Shown here: piece after piece, positions 51,901 to 62,579 of the stretch
Layout of the letters: the number at the start of each line of letters is the position of its first letter
How positions within the stretch are numbered: position 1 is the stretch's first letter
Source: Mobula birostris
Lineage: Eukaryota
DNA: 64,000 bases
Reading direction: 5' to 3'
Assembly (NCBI RefSeq): GCF_030028105.1
Contig: NC_092380.1
Coordinates: 40,867,920-40,931,919, forward strand
Program-made: the position numbers and the translations under genes
Notes under the pieces: model-generated
Database searches by the model: none
Told to the model about the DNA's origin: nothing
The model's input: only the letters and a program-made list of their open reading frames with translations

Positions 51901-54900
51901 TTGGGGATTGGTGTAGGGTCATGGGTAGATTATCTAGTAGCAGCTTGGATGAAGGACGATGGGTACATTCTCCAGTGCCAAACTAGGTGAGGGATGGTAA
52001 GGTGATGGGGAGACCCTCTATTGTCTACTAGGGAGCAATGGTAGGATGATAGAGGAACCTCTTTAACACCTGTCCTGTGTGTATCCCTACAGTGGCCTGA
52101 TTCCTCGACTCCTGGGTGACATGATTTCTTTGTGGCTTTGCAATTTGCTGGCGTATGTCATCAACACCTACATCTTGGAGCCCCCCAGCCAGGTGGGTCA
52201 CTGTAACAGAGATCCTTGGGTCAACATCTGGGCAGGCAAGACACCAGCTGTCAGTCAGCGCACTGAAGGGACGGCATAAAGGGTGGGGAAAAGTGAAGGA
52301 CAAGGTCAGGGGATGAGCTCCCGGATAGTGGCAAGGGAGCCAAAGGGCAGAGAGGCTGGTGCCATACTGCCAGGTGATCAGTTTTTACCCAGGCTCTGTG
52401 CCTTCTAACCAGCTGCCTTCAGTGTTTCCTGTGATATCCCCCCACCACACTGCAGTAGAGTTCCTGCTACTGTATGAAGTCTGCCTTTCAGACCAGTGAG
52501 CTTCTGTGGATTTGCAGGACATAGTGCAGAACGGGTTTCGGAGCAAAGGTGTGACGATGAAGCTGGTAAGGGAAGATCTAAAGAAATTGCTTTGAGGCCC
52601 ACTGTGGATCCTGAGGGTGTCAGGGTAGGTCTGTGGTGAGGGTAGGGCAGTACAACACACCATTTTCTGATTTCTCGGAGTTGCTGTGTGTCCTATGCCT
52701 GCCAGCCGCTCTGTGAGATGTTCCACTCCCTGCAGCTGTGGTCAGTTACAGGTCCTATCTCAGCCCAGTAATTGCAGCTGGCCAAAATTATACCCTGCAG
52801 CTTTCTTTGAAACAGACTTCTCTGTCATTTTAGCTGTTTTTCTGGGAAACAAAGTAATTTGAATTATTACAGACCCCACAGAAAAGAAACTCCTGGAAAT
52901 TGAAATAAAATCAGAAACTGCAGCAGCTGGCTTTCTTGGAAAAAATGGGGGAAACAAGTGGTACTGGTACTGTCAACTGACTTGGTGGGACGAACCTTTA
53001 GTGGAAAACTGAGTGGGCAGCCTTGAGCTGAATTCAGACTGGGGTGGAGTAGTGTGTCTTGGGCTGTGTTCTAAGCTGTACCCCACTGTGTATGTTGCTT
53101 GTGATTGTCTTCTCTGCCATATTTCAGGGCTCACATATTGGGGAGCTGAGGAGTTACTCGCAAGCTGTGACTGGGGTGAGTGTTGTTCAGCACCAGTTGT
53201 CCTGCCATCTGTGTACATCTCCTACATGCTTTGGGTTAGCTCTCCACATCCTCAAGCTGCCCCTGCATGCTCACGCTCTTGAAAGTCATGTAGTGTATAG
53301 AGCCGTCTGCCTCAGCAGGCCCTGCCCTCATTTAGCTGGGTCAAAGGAAAACTATTGCAGATTGACTGTCAGAGGTGCAAAGGCTCCCACTAAGTGTTTC
53401 TTTTACTTTGAGAAAGGATTGGCTCTTTGCTTTATTTGAACCCCTGAAATGATCAGGCAAGCAAATTCTCCCTATTCAACTTTTAACGCCTTGGTGTCAA
53501 CTAATTAGCCCATGCTATTCCTTCACTATGTGAGGAAGTGGCTCAGAGGGCAACTTGCAAGCACTACTAAGGCTCATAGAATCTGACAGCGAATAACCTT
53601 GATGCTTGGGGTTGCTAAATCCTAATGGACCACAGAGAAACAATTCTTAACCTATTACCTCCAATGTAATTCATAGAGCATCTAGCAATGTGCTTTGTTG
53701 TCTCGACTTCCTTCATCTGCATATTCCTTCATATTTCAAAGTGGTTCAAGTTGCTTTATTGGAGCCTTGTTTATGACAATTTCTTCATTGTTGCTTTCCT
53801 TACAGTTCCTGGCCAGTATGCTGACTTATCCTTTTGTTCTTGTCTCCAACCTGATGGCAGTCAATAACTGTGGGTGAGTTAAGCCTTTAATTTCTTAGAT
53901 CCAGGTGAGGAGTACTCAGGAAGGGCAATACAGGCCTACAATTTGTAAGCTCGCAATTCCATTTCAATTTCAGTTTGAGCTTTTTCCTTCTGATGGTGGA
54001 GGTAATATTATGTTAGTCATTGGGGATTTAAATATGCCCAGTAGATCAGGAAAATCAAATTGATGCTGGATCCCAAGCCAGAGAATTTGCGGAAGGCCTC
54101 CAAGATGGCTTTTTGGAGCAGCTTGTGGCTGAGCCCACTAGGTGATCAGCAGTTCTGGTTTGGGTGTTGTGTAGTGAACTGGATATGGTTAGGGAGGTTT
54201 TGGTAATGGAACCCTTAGGAGACAGTGATCAAAATGTAATAGAATTCACCCTGCAATTTGAGAGGGAGAAGCTAAAGTCAGATGTATCAGTACTACAGTG
54301 GAGTCACAGAGACCTGGGAGAGTAGCTGATTAGAAGAGACACCAGCAGGGATAAGGGCAGAGCAGCAGTAGCCGGAGTTTCTGAAAGCAACTTGGAAAGC
54401 GCAAGGTAGATACATCCTAAAGGCAGGATAACACAACAGTGGCTGTCAGGTGAACTCAAAGCCAAAATGAGGGTTAAAATTAGTGGGAAGTTAGAGGATT
54501 GGGAAATTTTTAAAAACCAACAGAAGGCAACTAAAAAAAACATGGGGGGAGATGAAGTATGATTAGCTAGCCAATAATATCAAAAATGATACCAAAAGTT
54601 TTTTTCAGATATGTAAAGAGTAAAAGAGAGACTAGAGTAGATATTGGACCACTACAAAATGACGCTAGGAAGATAATAATGGGGAAACAAGGAAATGGCA
54701 GAAAAACTTTATTTATTTTGCATCATACTTCACTTTGGAAGAAGTAGTATGCCAGAAGTTTGAGAGTGTCAAGGGGCAGAAGTGAACTATTACTAGGGAG
54801 AAGGTGCTTGGGAAAGTGAAAGGTTTGAAGGTGGATAAGTCACCTGGACCTGATGGACTACACCCCAGCGTTCTAAAAGAGGTAGCTGAAGAGATTGTGA

Positions 54901-57900
54901 AGGCATTAGTAATGATCTTTCAAGAACCATTAGACTCTTGATTCAGCATGGTTTCCTTAAGGGAAAATCTTGCCTGACAAATTTGTTGGAATTATTTGAA
55001 GAAATAACAAGCAGGATAGACAAAGGAGAATCGATGGAGGTTGTGTACTTGGGTTTTCAGAAGGTCTTAAGGTGTCACACGTGAGGCTGCTAAGCAAGAT
55101 AAGAGCTCAGGGTATTACAAGAAAGATACTAGCATGGATAGATGATTGGCAGGAGGCAATCAGTGGGGGAAAAAAGAGATCCTTTTTGGATTGACTGCCA
55201 GTGACTAGTGGTGTTTCACAGGGATCTGTGTTGAGACCATTTTGTTTTACATTGTATGTCAATGATTTGGATGATGAAATTGATGGCTTTGTGGACAATA
55301 AGAAGATAGCTGAAGAGGCAGGTAGTGTTGAGGAAGCAGAGAGGCTATAGAAGGACTTAGACAAACTAGGAGAATGGGCAAAGGGGTGTCAGATGAAATA
55401 CAGTGTTAGGAAGTGTATGGTCATGCGCTTTGGTAGAAGGAATGAAAGCGCAGACTATTTTCTAAAAAGAGAATTCAAAAACCTGAGGTGCACAGGGATT
55501 TGGGAGTCCTTGTGCAGGATTACCTAAAGGTTATTTTGCAGGTTGAATTGGTGGTGGTGAAGGCAAATGCAATTTTTAGCATTAATTTCAAGAGGGTAAG
55601 AAAATAAAAGCAAGGATGTAATGCTGAGGCTGTGTAAGACACTGGTCAGACCTCATTTGGAGTATGGTGAGCAGTTTTAGGCCCCTTATTTAAGAAAGGA
55701 TGTACTGACGTTGGAAAGGGTTCAGAGGAGTTTCACGAGAATGATTCCAGGAATGAGAGGATTATCATATGAGCAGTGATTAAATGCTCTGGGTTTGTAC
55801 TTGCTAAAATTTAGAAGAATAAGTGGGGATCTAATTGAAACCTACTGAGTATTGTAAAGCCTAGAGTGGAGTAAAGAGGATGTTTCGTTTTGGTGGGAGA
55901 GTCTAGGACCAGAAGGCACAGCCTCAAAATAGAACAGAAATGAAGAGGAATTTCTTTAGCCAGAGGGTGGTGAATCTGTGGAATTTATTGCCACGGGCAG
56001 CTGTGGAGGCCAGGCCACTGTGTGCATTTAAGGTGGAGGTTGATAGGTTCTTGATTCAGGCAATGAAAGGCTATGAGAAGAAGGCAGGAGAAGGGTGTTG
56101 AGAGGGAAATGGATAAGCAGACTCAATGGGACGAATGGCCTAATTCTGTTCCTATGCTTTATGGTCTTACGATGTGGGAAATTGGGTTTCATTTTCTCTG
56201 TTCCCTGTACCCAACATAACCCAGGACAGGCTCATTACAGGTTAGTTAGTGGTCATAAATTAGGTAAGCTTAGCGCAGTTAATGGACAACGGCAAAGTTA
56301 AAATAGGAATGTAAAAAAAGGCAAAAACATGGAAACAATTGTGTATGTATGAGAGAGAGAGAGAAAGAATACAGCATAAAGCTTTGGAAGAGTTCAGAAA
56401 ACCTGAGAGAGAGATTAAAAGGAGGATAAGGAAAGTAAAGAGAGGCAATGTAAAACAGTGCCATTAAATGAAAAGAAGGGTGTCTTATGAGTGCATGGAG
56501 CTTGAGGTTCACACAGGAAAGAGCAGGGCTGATGAAAAAACTGAAAGGTAATCAGTGTGTGGAGGTGGGCAACGTAGGGAAGGTTCTTAAATACTGTGCA
56601 GGCCTCTTTGCAAAGGGGAAGAGTGTATGACTGCAGTTGTTCAGGAGGCTGTGTGAAATATTGTATGTGATAAGTATTGTCAATGAGGCCTAATTAAGGG
56701 GTTCAGCATCATTGACCATGGATGAGTTCTCATGTCTAGTTAGTCCAGCTGTTAAATGAAGCAAATGAGGAAATTGCAGTGACTCAAACCTCCCCAGTTT
56801 CAGGATAAACAACAGTAATTTTGTACCATTGTTTAAAATGAGGAGAAAGAGAGCCAGACCCAGTAATTATAACTAATTCAACTTAAGTGAATATTTTCAA
56901 ATTCCATTCTAAGGGACAATGTAAACCTTCTTTTAGCATGGGATTATAAAAGGAAGTTTGTGAGTTATTGATTTGAATGAATTTTTTTTGAGGAGATAAA
57001 GTGGATAAAGGAGATAAAGATTTAGTCTACAGATTTTAGCAAAGTTTTTGACAGTTCCCATGTGGCTGATTGGTCAAAGCAGTAAAAGCCCGTGGGATCC
57101 AAAGACTGTGATGGGAAGCAAAGGATCATGGTTGAGAGGTGATTTTGTGAGTGGAAGGCTGTTACTGGTAGTGTTCCACAGAAGTCATTTTTGATTCCTT
57201 ACCTTCTGATAAGTAAGGTATACTAATTTGGTTTAAAGATGAGGGAAGGAAGTTAAGCCTGGTTTATACTTCTGCGTCAACGCATCGTCGTAAGGTCTGC
57301 GTCGCCGCAAACCCTACGCAAAGCCGACGTGGAACCCTACGGGAGAGCCTACTTTGCTGCGATGCGCACCTCTCCCAAAATGTAACCGCGTGTCGCGGCA
57401 ACGCAGAAAGCAACAGCTGTGATTGGTCTGCTTGGTAGCATCGCATGTCATCCTACGCTGCAGTAGCTTCCCATTGGGCGACTGAAGGGCAGGGAAGGAA
57501 CTCTGGCTGCAATGCTTTCCATAAAGCTTTACAGACCTCCGAAATTATGGAGGACACATTTCGCATGAAAAAAGACGCTCGCGTCTTGTTTACCCCAAGA
57601 CTACCATGACCATGAAGCCTTACACGGGCAGGTGAGTGCGCATGCGTGACGTGCGTACAGACACACCAACGCACAAGTATAAATGCTCACAACGTGCGTA
57701 GGCCACTTGCATAGGTTACGGCGCCTAGTTAACGCAGAAGTATAAATCAGGTGCTACGATAATTGATTGTGTGATTGGCTGGAGAAGAAAAAGCTTCAGA
57801 GTGCAGGAAGATGGGTCAGTTGAACAGGGAAGTGACCAAGAAAATTCAATTCAGAAAATTGTACGGTACAACAAAGCAAAGGTGGAGGGTTGAGTGAGGA

Positions 57901-58842
57901 AGCAAAAGAATCTTGGTGTGTATGTCCACAGATCAAGGCAGCAGGCGAATGTTCCTACATTTGAGCAATAGAATATACGGTATGGAGGTTATTCCCCCAC
58001 ATTATGGGAAGGATGTGACCATATTAGAGAGTGTGCAGAGGATGTTTATGTGGATGTTGCCAGGTCAGGAAGAATGTAGAAGAGAGGAAAGATTGAATAG
58101 ACTGGAATTGTGCATTTTAGAATAGGAGGCTGGGGGTTTGGTCGGGGTAGGGAGGGGAACTTGGCTGAGGTGCAACAATATTAGAAGTGGTTCACGTAGA
58201 ACAAATAGAAATAACCTATTTCCTTTAGTAAAGGGGTCAAATGAATGGAGGATTAGGAGATAATGAAAGAACTGTTTCACTCAGAGCTGCTCCTCACTGC
58301 CTGAAAGGGCAGGAGAGGCAGAAACCCATTACATTTAAACGGTGAAGTTGTGATCTGCAGGACAGTCAGCTCAGTTCTGGAACGTGGGGTTAAGCTATTT
58401 TTTGATGGCACAGTCAATAACTGCCTCCTTTTCAATGATATTGAAGCTTTGGGCAGCGAATGTTGTACCGCATTCCACTGGAAATGAGGCAGTCCATTAG
58501 ATCCTGGGGTTGAAAGTTGCTGCAGTAAAGAGTGGCCCTTTGATGTGGCCTTTCAGCCTTGGGAGACATTTCCTGCATTATTGTGAAGTGAGGAGTGATG
58601 CCTATCAGAACATCATTCAGCATTTTGGCAGCTCCTGTGCAAAGCTGTTGATCAATATATTGGAGGGTGTGTTTTATTTCTCCAAGCCATCTAACAGCAC
58701 ACTCTCCTGTAGATACTGTATTGGTGACTTACAGTAATGTTTCTGCACATATGTATTTTTCCGCAGTCTGGTTGGTGGTCTCCCCCCTTATGCTGCTGTG
58801 TACAGTTCTTGGATTGACTGCTGGCGCCAGTTGAGCAGAGAG
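30855..58842 (+). CDS. MTCH2: Mitochondrial carrier homolog 2; coding exons 1-12 (825 nt, 275 codons); terminal exon not found in window
   Basis: Spliced translation [81 protein letters not shown]...[36 protein letters not shown]...[21 protein letters not shown]...[48 protein letters not shown] closely matches vertebrate MTCH2 as I recall it. All junctions are GT-AG with compatible phases. Confidence 0.97.
32770..32975 (+). mobile_element. Degenerate tRNA-derived V-SINE-like element
   Basis: gctgcctcacagtgctggagacccagtttctatcctgacc (tRNA head/B box) followed by gtagagtttgcac (V-domain-like). Confidence 0.55.
34333..34457. mobile_element. Short Penelope-terminus inverted remnant
   Basis: Internally deleted version of the 424-678 element. 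Confidence 0.7.
34670..34713 (-). terminator. Candidate poly(A) signal ATTAAA with downstream GU-rich element for the sPLA2 transcript
   Basis: + strand tttaat at 34708-34713 reads ATTAAA on the minus strand, ~310 nt after the stop, followed by TGTTGT and GTGTTTGTT. Confidence 0.4.
35025..35564 (-). CDS. Intronless secreted phospholipase A2 (group I/II/V/X fold, group X-like), nested antisense in MTCH2 intron 1
   Basis: Single 179-aa ORF with a hydrophobic signal peptide, propeptide ending RARR|GLIDM, Ca2+ loop YGCYCGTGG, catalytic CCFLHDCCY (His48/Asp49/Tyr52), CECD (Asp99) and 16 Cys in the mature chain, including Cys11 and the C-terminal-extension Cys. Confidence 0.93.
35600..35663 (-). 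promoter_or_regulatory. Candidate core promoter of the nested sPLA2 (TATA-like AATATAAG and GC box GGGCGGG)
   Basis: On the minus strand, AATATAAG at ~35601-35608 lies ~40 nt upstream of the ATG and GGGCGGGCC at 35655-35663 lies ~50 nt further upstream; there is no pyrimidine-rich splice acceptor before the ATG. Confidence 0.5.
36180..36480 (+). mobile_element. L2-type LINE 3' fragment
   Basis: Translates as [22 protein letters not shown] then, after a frameshift, KHQLKTYLF, a typical L2 ORF2 C-terminus. Confidence 0.55.
37620..40570 (+). mobile_element. Long Rex1/Babar-type LINE (APE endonuclease, RT, (TCTA)n tail), degenerate
   Basis: [15 protein letters not shown] (APE), [42 protein letters not shown] motifs; tail aataaaatatctatctatct. 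Confidence 0.85.
41055..41800 (-). mobile_element. CR1 LINE 3' fragment
   Basis: [26 protein letters not shown]...W motif. Confidence 0.8.
42664..42748 (+). CDS. MTCH2: MTCH2 exon 2 (85 nt)
   Basis: acceptor ctcttgttgttag|; [28 protein letters not shown]; donor ATG|gtaagt. Confidence 0.95.
43879..43985 (+). CDS. MTCH2: MTCH2 exon 3 (107 nt)
   Basis: acceptor tttgtcttgcag|; (A)[35 protein letters not shown]; donor CAA|gtgagt. Confidence 0.95.
44562..44588 (+). CDS. MTCH2: MTCH2 exon 4 (27 nt micro-exon)
   Basis: acceptor ttttgttacag|; HYHDTKVTE; donor GAG|gtgagt; phase 0-0. Confidence 0.88.
45292..45348 (+). CDS. MTCH2: MTCH2 exon 5 (57 nt)
   Basis: acceptor tttttccttgcag|; [19 protein letters not shown]; donor GAG|gtaagc; phase 0-0; variable loop region. 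Confidence 0.85.
45617..46000. repeat. 32-bp minisatellite ttaaaactggtccgctc(a/g/t)gagccctctgtttg, ~12 copies, in MTCH2 intron 5
   Basis: Direct tandem copies with a 32-nt period. Confidence 0.95.
46387..46444 (+). CDS. MTCH2: MTCH2 exon 6 (58 nt)
   Basis: acceptor tctttgtctttag|; [19 protein letters not shown]; donor ATG|gtaaga. Confidence 0.95.
46533..46584 (+). CDS. MTCH2: MTCH2 exon 7 (52 nt)
   Basis: follows an 88-nt intron; acceptor tttcattacag|; (V)[16 protein letters not shown]; donor CAG|gtgagt. Confidence 0.95.
47050..48560. repeat. Old degenerate ~31-bp tandem repeat (gcacagcatatgaattcagg-like), interrupted by a CR1 fragment at ~47530-47920
   Basis: Recurring gcat(a/g)gcatatgaattcagg and tgtgcac motifs. 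Confidence 0.5.
49909..49968 (+). CDS. MTCH2: MTCH2 exon 8 (60 nt)
   Basis: acceptor ctctccag|; (S)[19 protein letters not shown]; donor TGC|gtaagt. Confidence 0.95.
50070..51890. mobile_element. Highly degenerate, internally inverted Penelope element in MTCH2 intron 8
   Basis: [17 protein letters not shown]...FSQF...CICPQDEAF motifs; inverted segment at ~51030-51385; terminal cagatgctgcctgac. Confidence 0.65.
52093..52192 (+). CDS. MTCH2: MTCH2 exon 9 (100 nt)
   Basis: acceptor tatccctacag|; (A)[33 protein letters not shown]; donor CAG|gtgggt. Confidence 0.92.
53128..53175 (+). CDS. MTCH2: MTCH2 exon 10 (48 nt)
   Basis: acceptor atatttcag|; [16 protein letters not shown]; donor GGG|gtgagt. 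Confidence 0.93.
53806..53873 (+). CDS. MTCH2: MTCH2 exon 11 (68 nt)
   Basis: acceptor tttccttacag|; [22 protein letters not shown]; donor TGG|gtgagt. Confidence 0.96.
53990..56170 (+). mobile_element. CR1 LINE ORF2 with deletions and 3' tail
   Basis: GDLNMP (APE), [23 protein letters not shown] and LVRPHLEY motifs. Confidence 0.88.
56300..58420 (+). mobile_element. Older degenerate CR1 LINE, interrupted by a MITE
   Basis: DFSKVFD..P and [23 protein letters not shown] motifs. Confidence 0.65.
57258..57751. mobile_element. MITE with ~24-bp terminal inverted repeats (PIF/Harbinger-like)
   Basis: Left cctggtttatacttctgcgtcaac, right gttaacgcagaagtataaatcagg; TAA just outside the left end; no ORF; CpG-rich. 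Confidence 0.8.
58767..58842 (+). CDS. MTCH2: MTCH2 exon 12 (76 nt)
   Basis: acceptor tttttccgcag|; (G)[25 protein letters not shown]; donor GAG|gtgagt. Confidence 0.95.
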
Positions 58843-59769
58843 GTGAGTCAAGCTGCTTCTGCTATGTTGACTGTCAGGTTACATATTGAACTGCCAGTAC
58901 TCGATGGGCTGGAAGCAGCGGCAGCCACTATGTAGAGTCATTGTGTGGACTGGTTTCTGGGGTAGATGAGTGGGGAGTGAGCAAATGGCCCCAGCTAATG
59001 CTTGTCCCTGATATGTGTACTTGTGGGTATGATCTTGCAATTCCCAATTCACCTTTCTTGCTACCAGTTCTCTCAGGAATCTTTCTCTCCAAGCCCAGGC
59101 CAGTCCAGTGTAAAGAATGCTTCTTCATCAGTTTCACGTGCTGGAAAATTATAGCTTTGGAAAGCTGACACAGGGCAGTCTGGCCAAGGGCTGCAATTAG
59201 AGTGGCGTTAGCTCAGCGATTTCTTCAGCAGTTTAAAACAAAGTCGGAGTGGAAAGTTTAAAAATAATTACCTAATTCTTGCTTTGTGGAGGAAGGTATC
59301 AACATTCTGCTTCCTGCTTTTGCCATTGCAGATGAAAGGAAAGACTTGAGGCTGGAGAACAAACTGCCCGGGGAAAGCATCTATGACACATTTTGACTAT
59401 AAATGGCCAGAAAATGCCTCTGTGACATGTCTCCTCCAGGGTTCTCCTTAGCTGTCTTGGGCTGAATTTGGAGAGGTCACAAGGCAATTGGTTTGGTTAG
59501 TTAACAGAATATGTAGCCAGGTAGATGACTGACAGGTGTCCAGAGACTGATGGTTCACCTGACATCTTGGGTAAATGGCGTAGTACACCATAGCCAGAAT
59601 CACCAAAGAGAATTAGACTGATCTGAAATATCAAAGAGCTGAGCTTTACAGCAGGAGAGAAAGGGTTGCAGAACTGGCTGAGCTTTAGAAAATACTGCTG
59701 GCTATGAAGCGTTCTTGAAAAATAAACACATAGCACTGGTATTACACTGATTGGAGAGTCCAGAGATCT

Positions 59770-59943
59770 GTGTTAGCGTGTGGCCAAGTGATTAAGGCGT
59801 TGAACTAGTGATCTGAAGGTCACGAGTTCGAGCCTCAGCCGAGGCAGCGTGTTGTGTCCTTGAGCAAGGCACTTAACCACACATTGCTCCTGCACGTTAA
59901 TAGCCCAGTGGCGGCGGTTGGTGCAGTATGGACAAGACAAGAG
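59770..59943 (+). mobile_element. tRNA-derived CORE-SINE-like element
   Basis: A box TGGCCAAGTGA, B box GAGTTCGAGCC, CORE-like tgtgtccttgagcaaggcacttaacc, (GACAA)n tail. Confidence 0.75.
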
Positions 59944-60260
59944 TTCTCATCCACCACAATTGGAATGTGTTGTATAGTGAGACCTGTAAAGTTGCCAGTT
60001 CTTTAATATCAAACTGAACAGCCTGTGGTATAGGTAGGTTGGGAAAGCAGCAAATCTGCAATTAAGAGATTTAATCCTTTTTACTTTGACAAATGTTACA
60101 ATACTTGGCAGATCAGAGACCCACATTTGCTTCTCCACTCCAACTGGTAGCCAGGGTTAATGTTAAAACACATTCCCAATTCCAATGAAGTGTGAGGAAA
60201 ATTAGAGTGTATGGTTCTTCAAGCATGTCTTGCTATCAATAAGATCATGGCTGATCCTGA

Positions 60261-60362
60261 GGCTACGTCCACACTGTGCCGAATAATTTTGAAAACGAAG
60301 CTTTTTCTCTTCGTTTTGACCCTCTGTCCACACTAAAATGGTGTTTTCATCCCCCGAAAACG
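60261..60362. mobile_element. Single end of a Harbinger-like non-autonomous DNA transposon
   Basis: ggctacgtccacact terminus with internal repeat gtccacact and gaaaacg subterminal motifs; cut off at the Penelope junction. Confidence 0.5.
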
Positions 60363-60369
60363 TGTGTAA

Positions 60370-61690
60370 CATGTGTAGCACTTGTTCCACTTACAAGGAT
60401 AAGTGCCAGGAGGGAGATCAGTGGGGAGGGATGAGGGGGAACGAATGAACAAGGGAGTTGTGTAGGGAGCGAACCCTGCGGAAAGCAGAGGGGTGGGGGG
60501 TGGGGGAGATGTGCTTAGTGCTGAGATCCCTTCCTCCACCGTCAACTCTGCTCTCAAACACATCTCCCCCATTTCACGTACATCTGCTCTCACTCCATCC
60601 TCCCGTCATCCCACTAGGAATAGGGTTCCCTTGGTCCTCACCTACCACCCCACCAGCCTCTGGGTCGAACATATTATTCTCCATAACTTCCGCCACCTCC
60701 AACGGGATCCCACCACTAAGCACATCTTTCCCTCCCCCCCCCCCCCCCCCACTTTCCGCAGGGATCGCTCCCTACGCGACTCCTTTGTCCATTCGTTCCC
60801 CCCCCCAATCCCTCCCCACTGATCTCCCTCCTGGCACTTATCCTTATAAGCGGAACAAGTGCTACACATGCCCTTACACTTCCTCCTTTAGCACCATTCA
60901 AGGCCCCAGACAGTCCTTTCAGGTGAGGCGACACTTCACCTGTGAGTCGGCTGGGGTGATATACTGCGTCCGGTGCTCCCGTTGTGGCCTTCTATATATT
61001 GGTGAGACCCGACGCAGACTGGGAGACCGCTTTGCTGAACATCTACGCTCTGTCCGCCAGAGAAAGCAGGATCTCCCAGTGGCCACACATTTTAATTCCA
61101 CATCCCATTCCCATTCTGACATGTCTATCTACGGCCTCCTCTACTGTAAAGATGAAGCCACACTCAGGTTGGAGGAACAACACCTTATGTTCCGTCTGGG
61201 TAGCCTCCAACCTGATAGCATGAACATCGACTTCTCTAACTTCCGCTAAGGTCCCACCTCCCCCTCATACCCCATCCGTTATTTATTTATATACACACAT
61301 TCTTTCTGTCTCTCTTTTTCCCTCTCTGTCCCTCTGACTATGCCCCTTGCCCATCCTCTGGGTTTTTCCCCCCTCCCCCTTTTCCTTCTCCCTGGGCCTC
61401 CTGTCCCATGATCCTCTCATATCCCTTTTGCCAATCACCTGTCCAGTTCTTGGCTCCATCCCTCCCCCTCCTGTCTTCTCCTATCATTTTGGATCTCCCC
61501 CTCCCCCTCCCCCCTCCCCCTCCCACTTTCAAATCTCTTACTAGCTCTTCCTTCAGTTAGTCCTGACAAAGGGTCTTGGCCCAAAACGTCAACTATACCT
61601 CTTCCTAGAGATGCTGCCTGGCCTGCTGCGTTCACCAGCAATTTTGATGTGTGTTGCTTGAATTTCCAGCATCTGCAGGATTCCTCGTGC
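60370..61690 (+). mobile_element. Penelope-like element (GIY-YIG endonuclease and terminal repeat) with inverted 5' segment
   Basis: FTCESAGVIYCVRCSRCGLLYIGETRRRLGDRFAEHLRSV...RLEEQHLMFRLGSLQP; same family as 25420-26946. Confidence 0.92.
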
Positions 61691-62579
61691 TTCATGATGT
61701 AATACTTCATTTTCCTTGCAATAAAAGGGAACATTTTATGCGCTGCCTTAATTACTGTACCAGCATGTTGTTTCTTTGTATCAACATTTCTCTAAACAGT
61801 GGTTTTCAACTTAAATAATCTTGTTTTACTATTCTCTTCCCAGTGTGGATAATGTCACCCTTATCCACGTTTAGCTGCATCTTTCACAGTCTTGCTCATT
61901 GAGTTAACTGTTTAATGCTTTTGCGGTCTACTCGTACTTTCTTTACAGTTTGCTTTCCCTGCTGTCTTCATATCAGCAGCAAACTTTGATTTAATACACC
62001 AGCTCCCCCTACCTTACTCATTGCTAGTTTGTAAATAGTGGTGGTCCCAGCATTAATCCCTGTAGCACTGTATGTCATGATTTATCCATGTGAAAGTGAA
62101 CAGTTTATCCTTGTATTCTGTATTTTTAAAACTTAACCTGTCTTTATCTGTGCTGGTGTAATAACCCTGATGCCGTAAACATTCTGTGTCAAATGACTTT
62201 TAGAAATGCCATTACACTGCATCAACTGCTTTTCTTCTTGTCGACTCTACTTTTGTGTACTTGAGTTCTATTACATTATTCCCCTCTCATAAGACTGCCT
62301 CTTGATTTATCTGATGCTGTAATCCACATACTGAGTAACTGAGGTCCCAGCAGAAATTTTTAAATGACTTCATTTCATTATCCTTCCTCTACCTTCTACC
62401 AGATAACTAAGATCAATGCATTTTCATCAATTCATAAGTATTAATTTGCACTTTATCATATAGTTTCCATAAATCTATACAAAATATACATATGTATATT
62501 TCTGACTTTGGTTAGATTCATTAGACACAAACCATCCTTTACTAAGTGAATGAGAATCGTGTCAACAAAGCTGAGGAGT

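Noticed and set aside
59770-59845. tRNA gene
   Set aside because: A and B boxes are present, but it continues into a CORE-like SINE body and repeat tail with no clean acceptor stem or T-run terminator.
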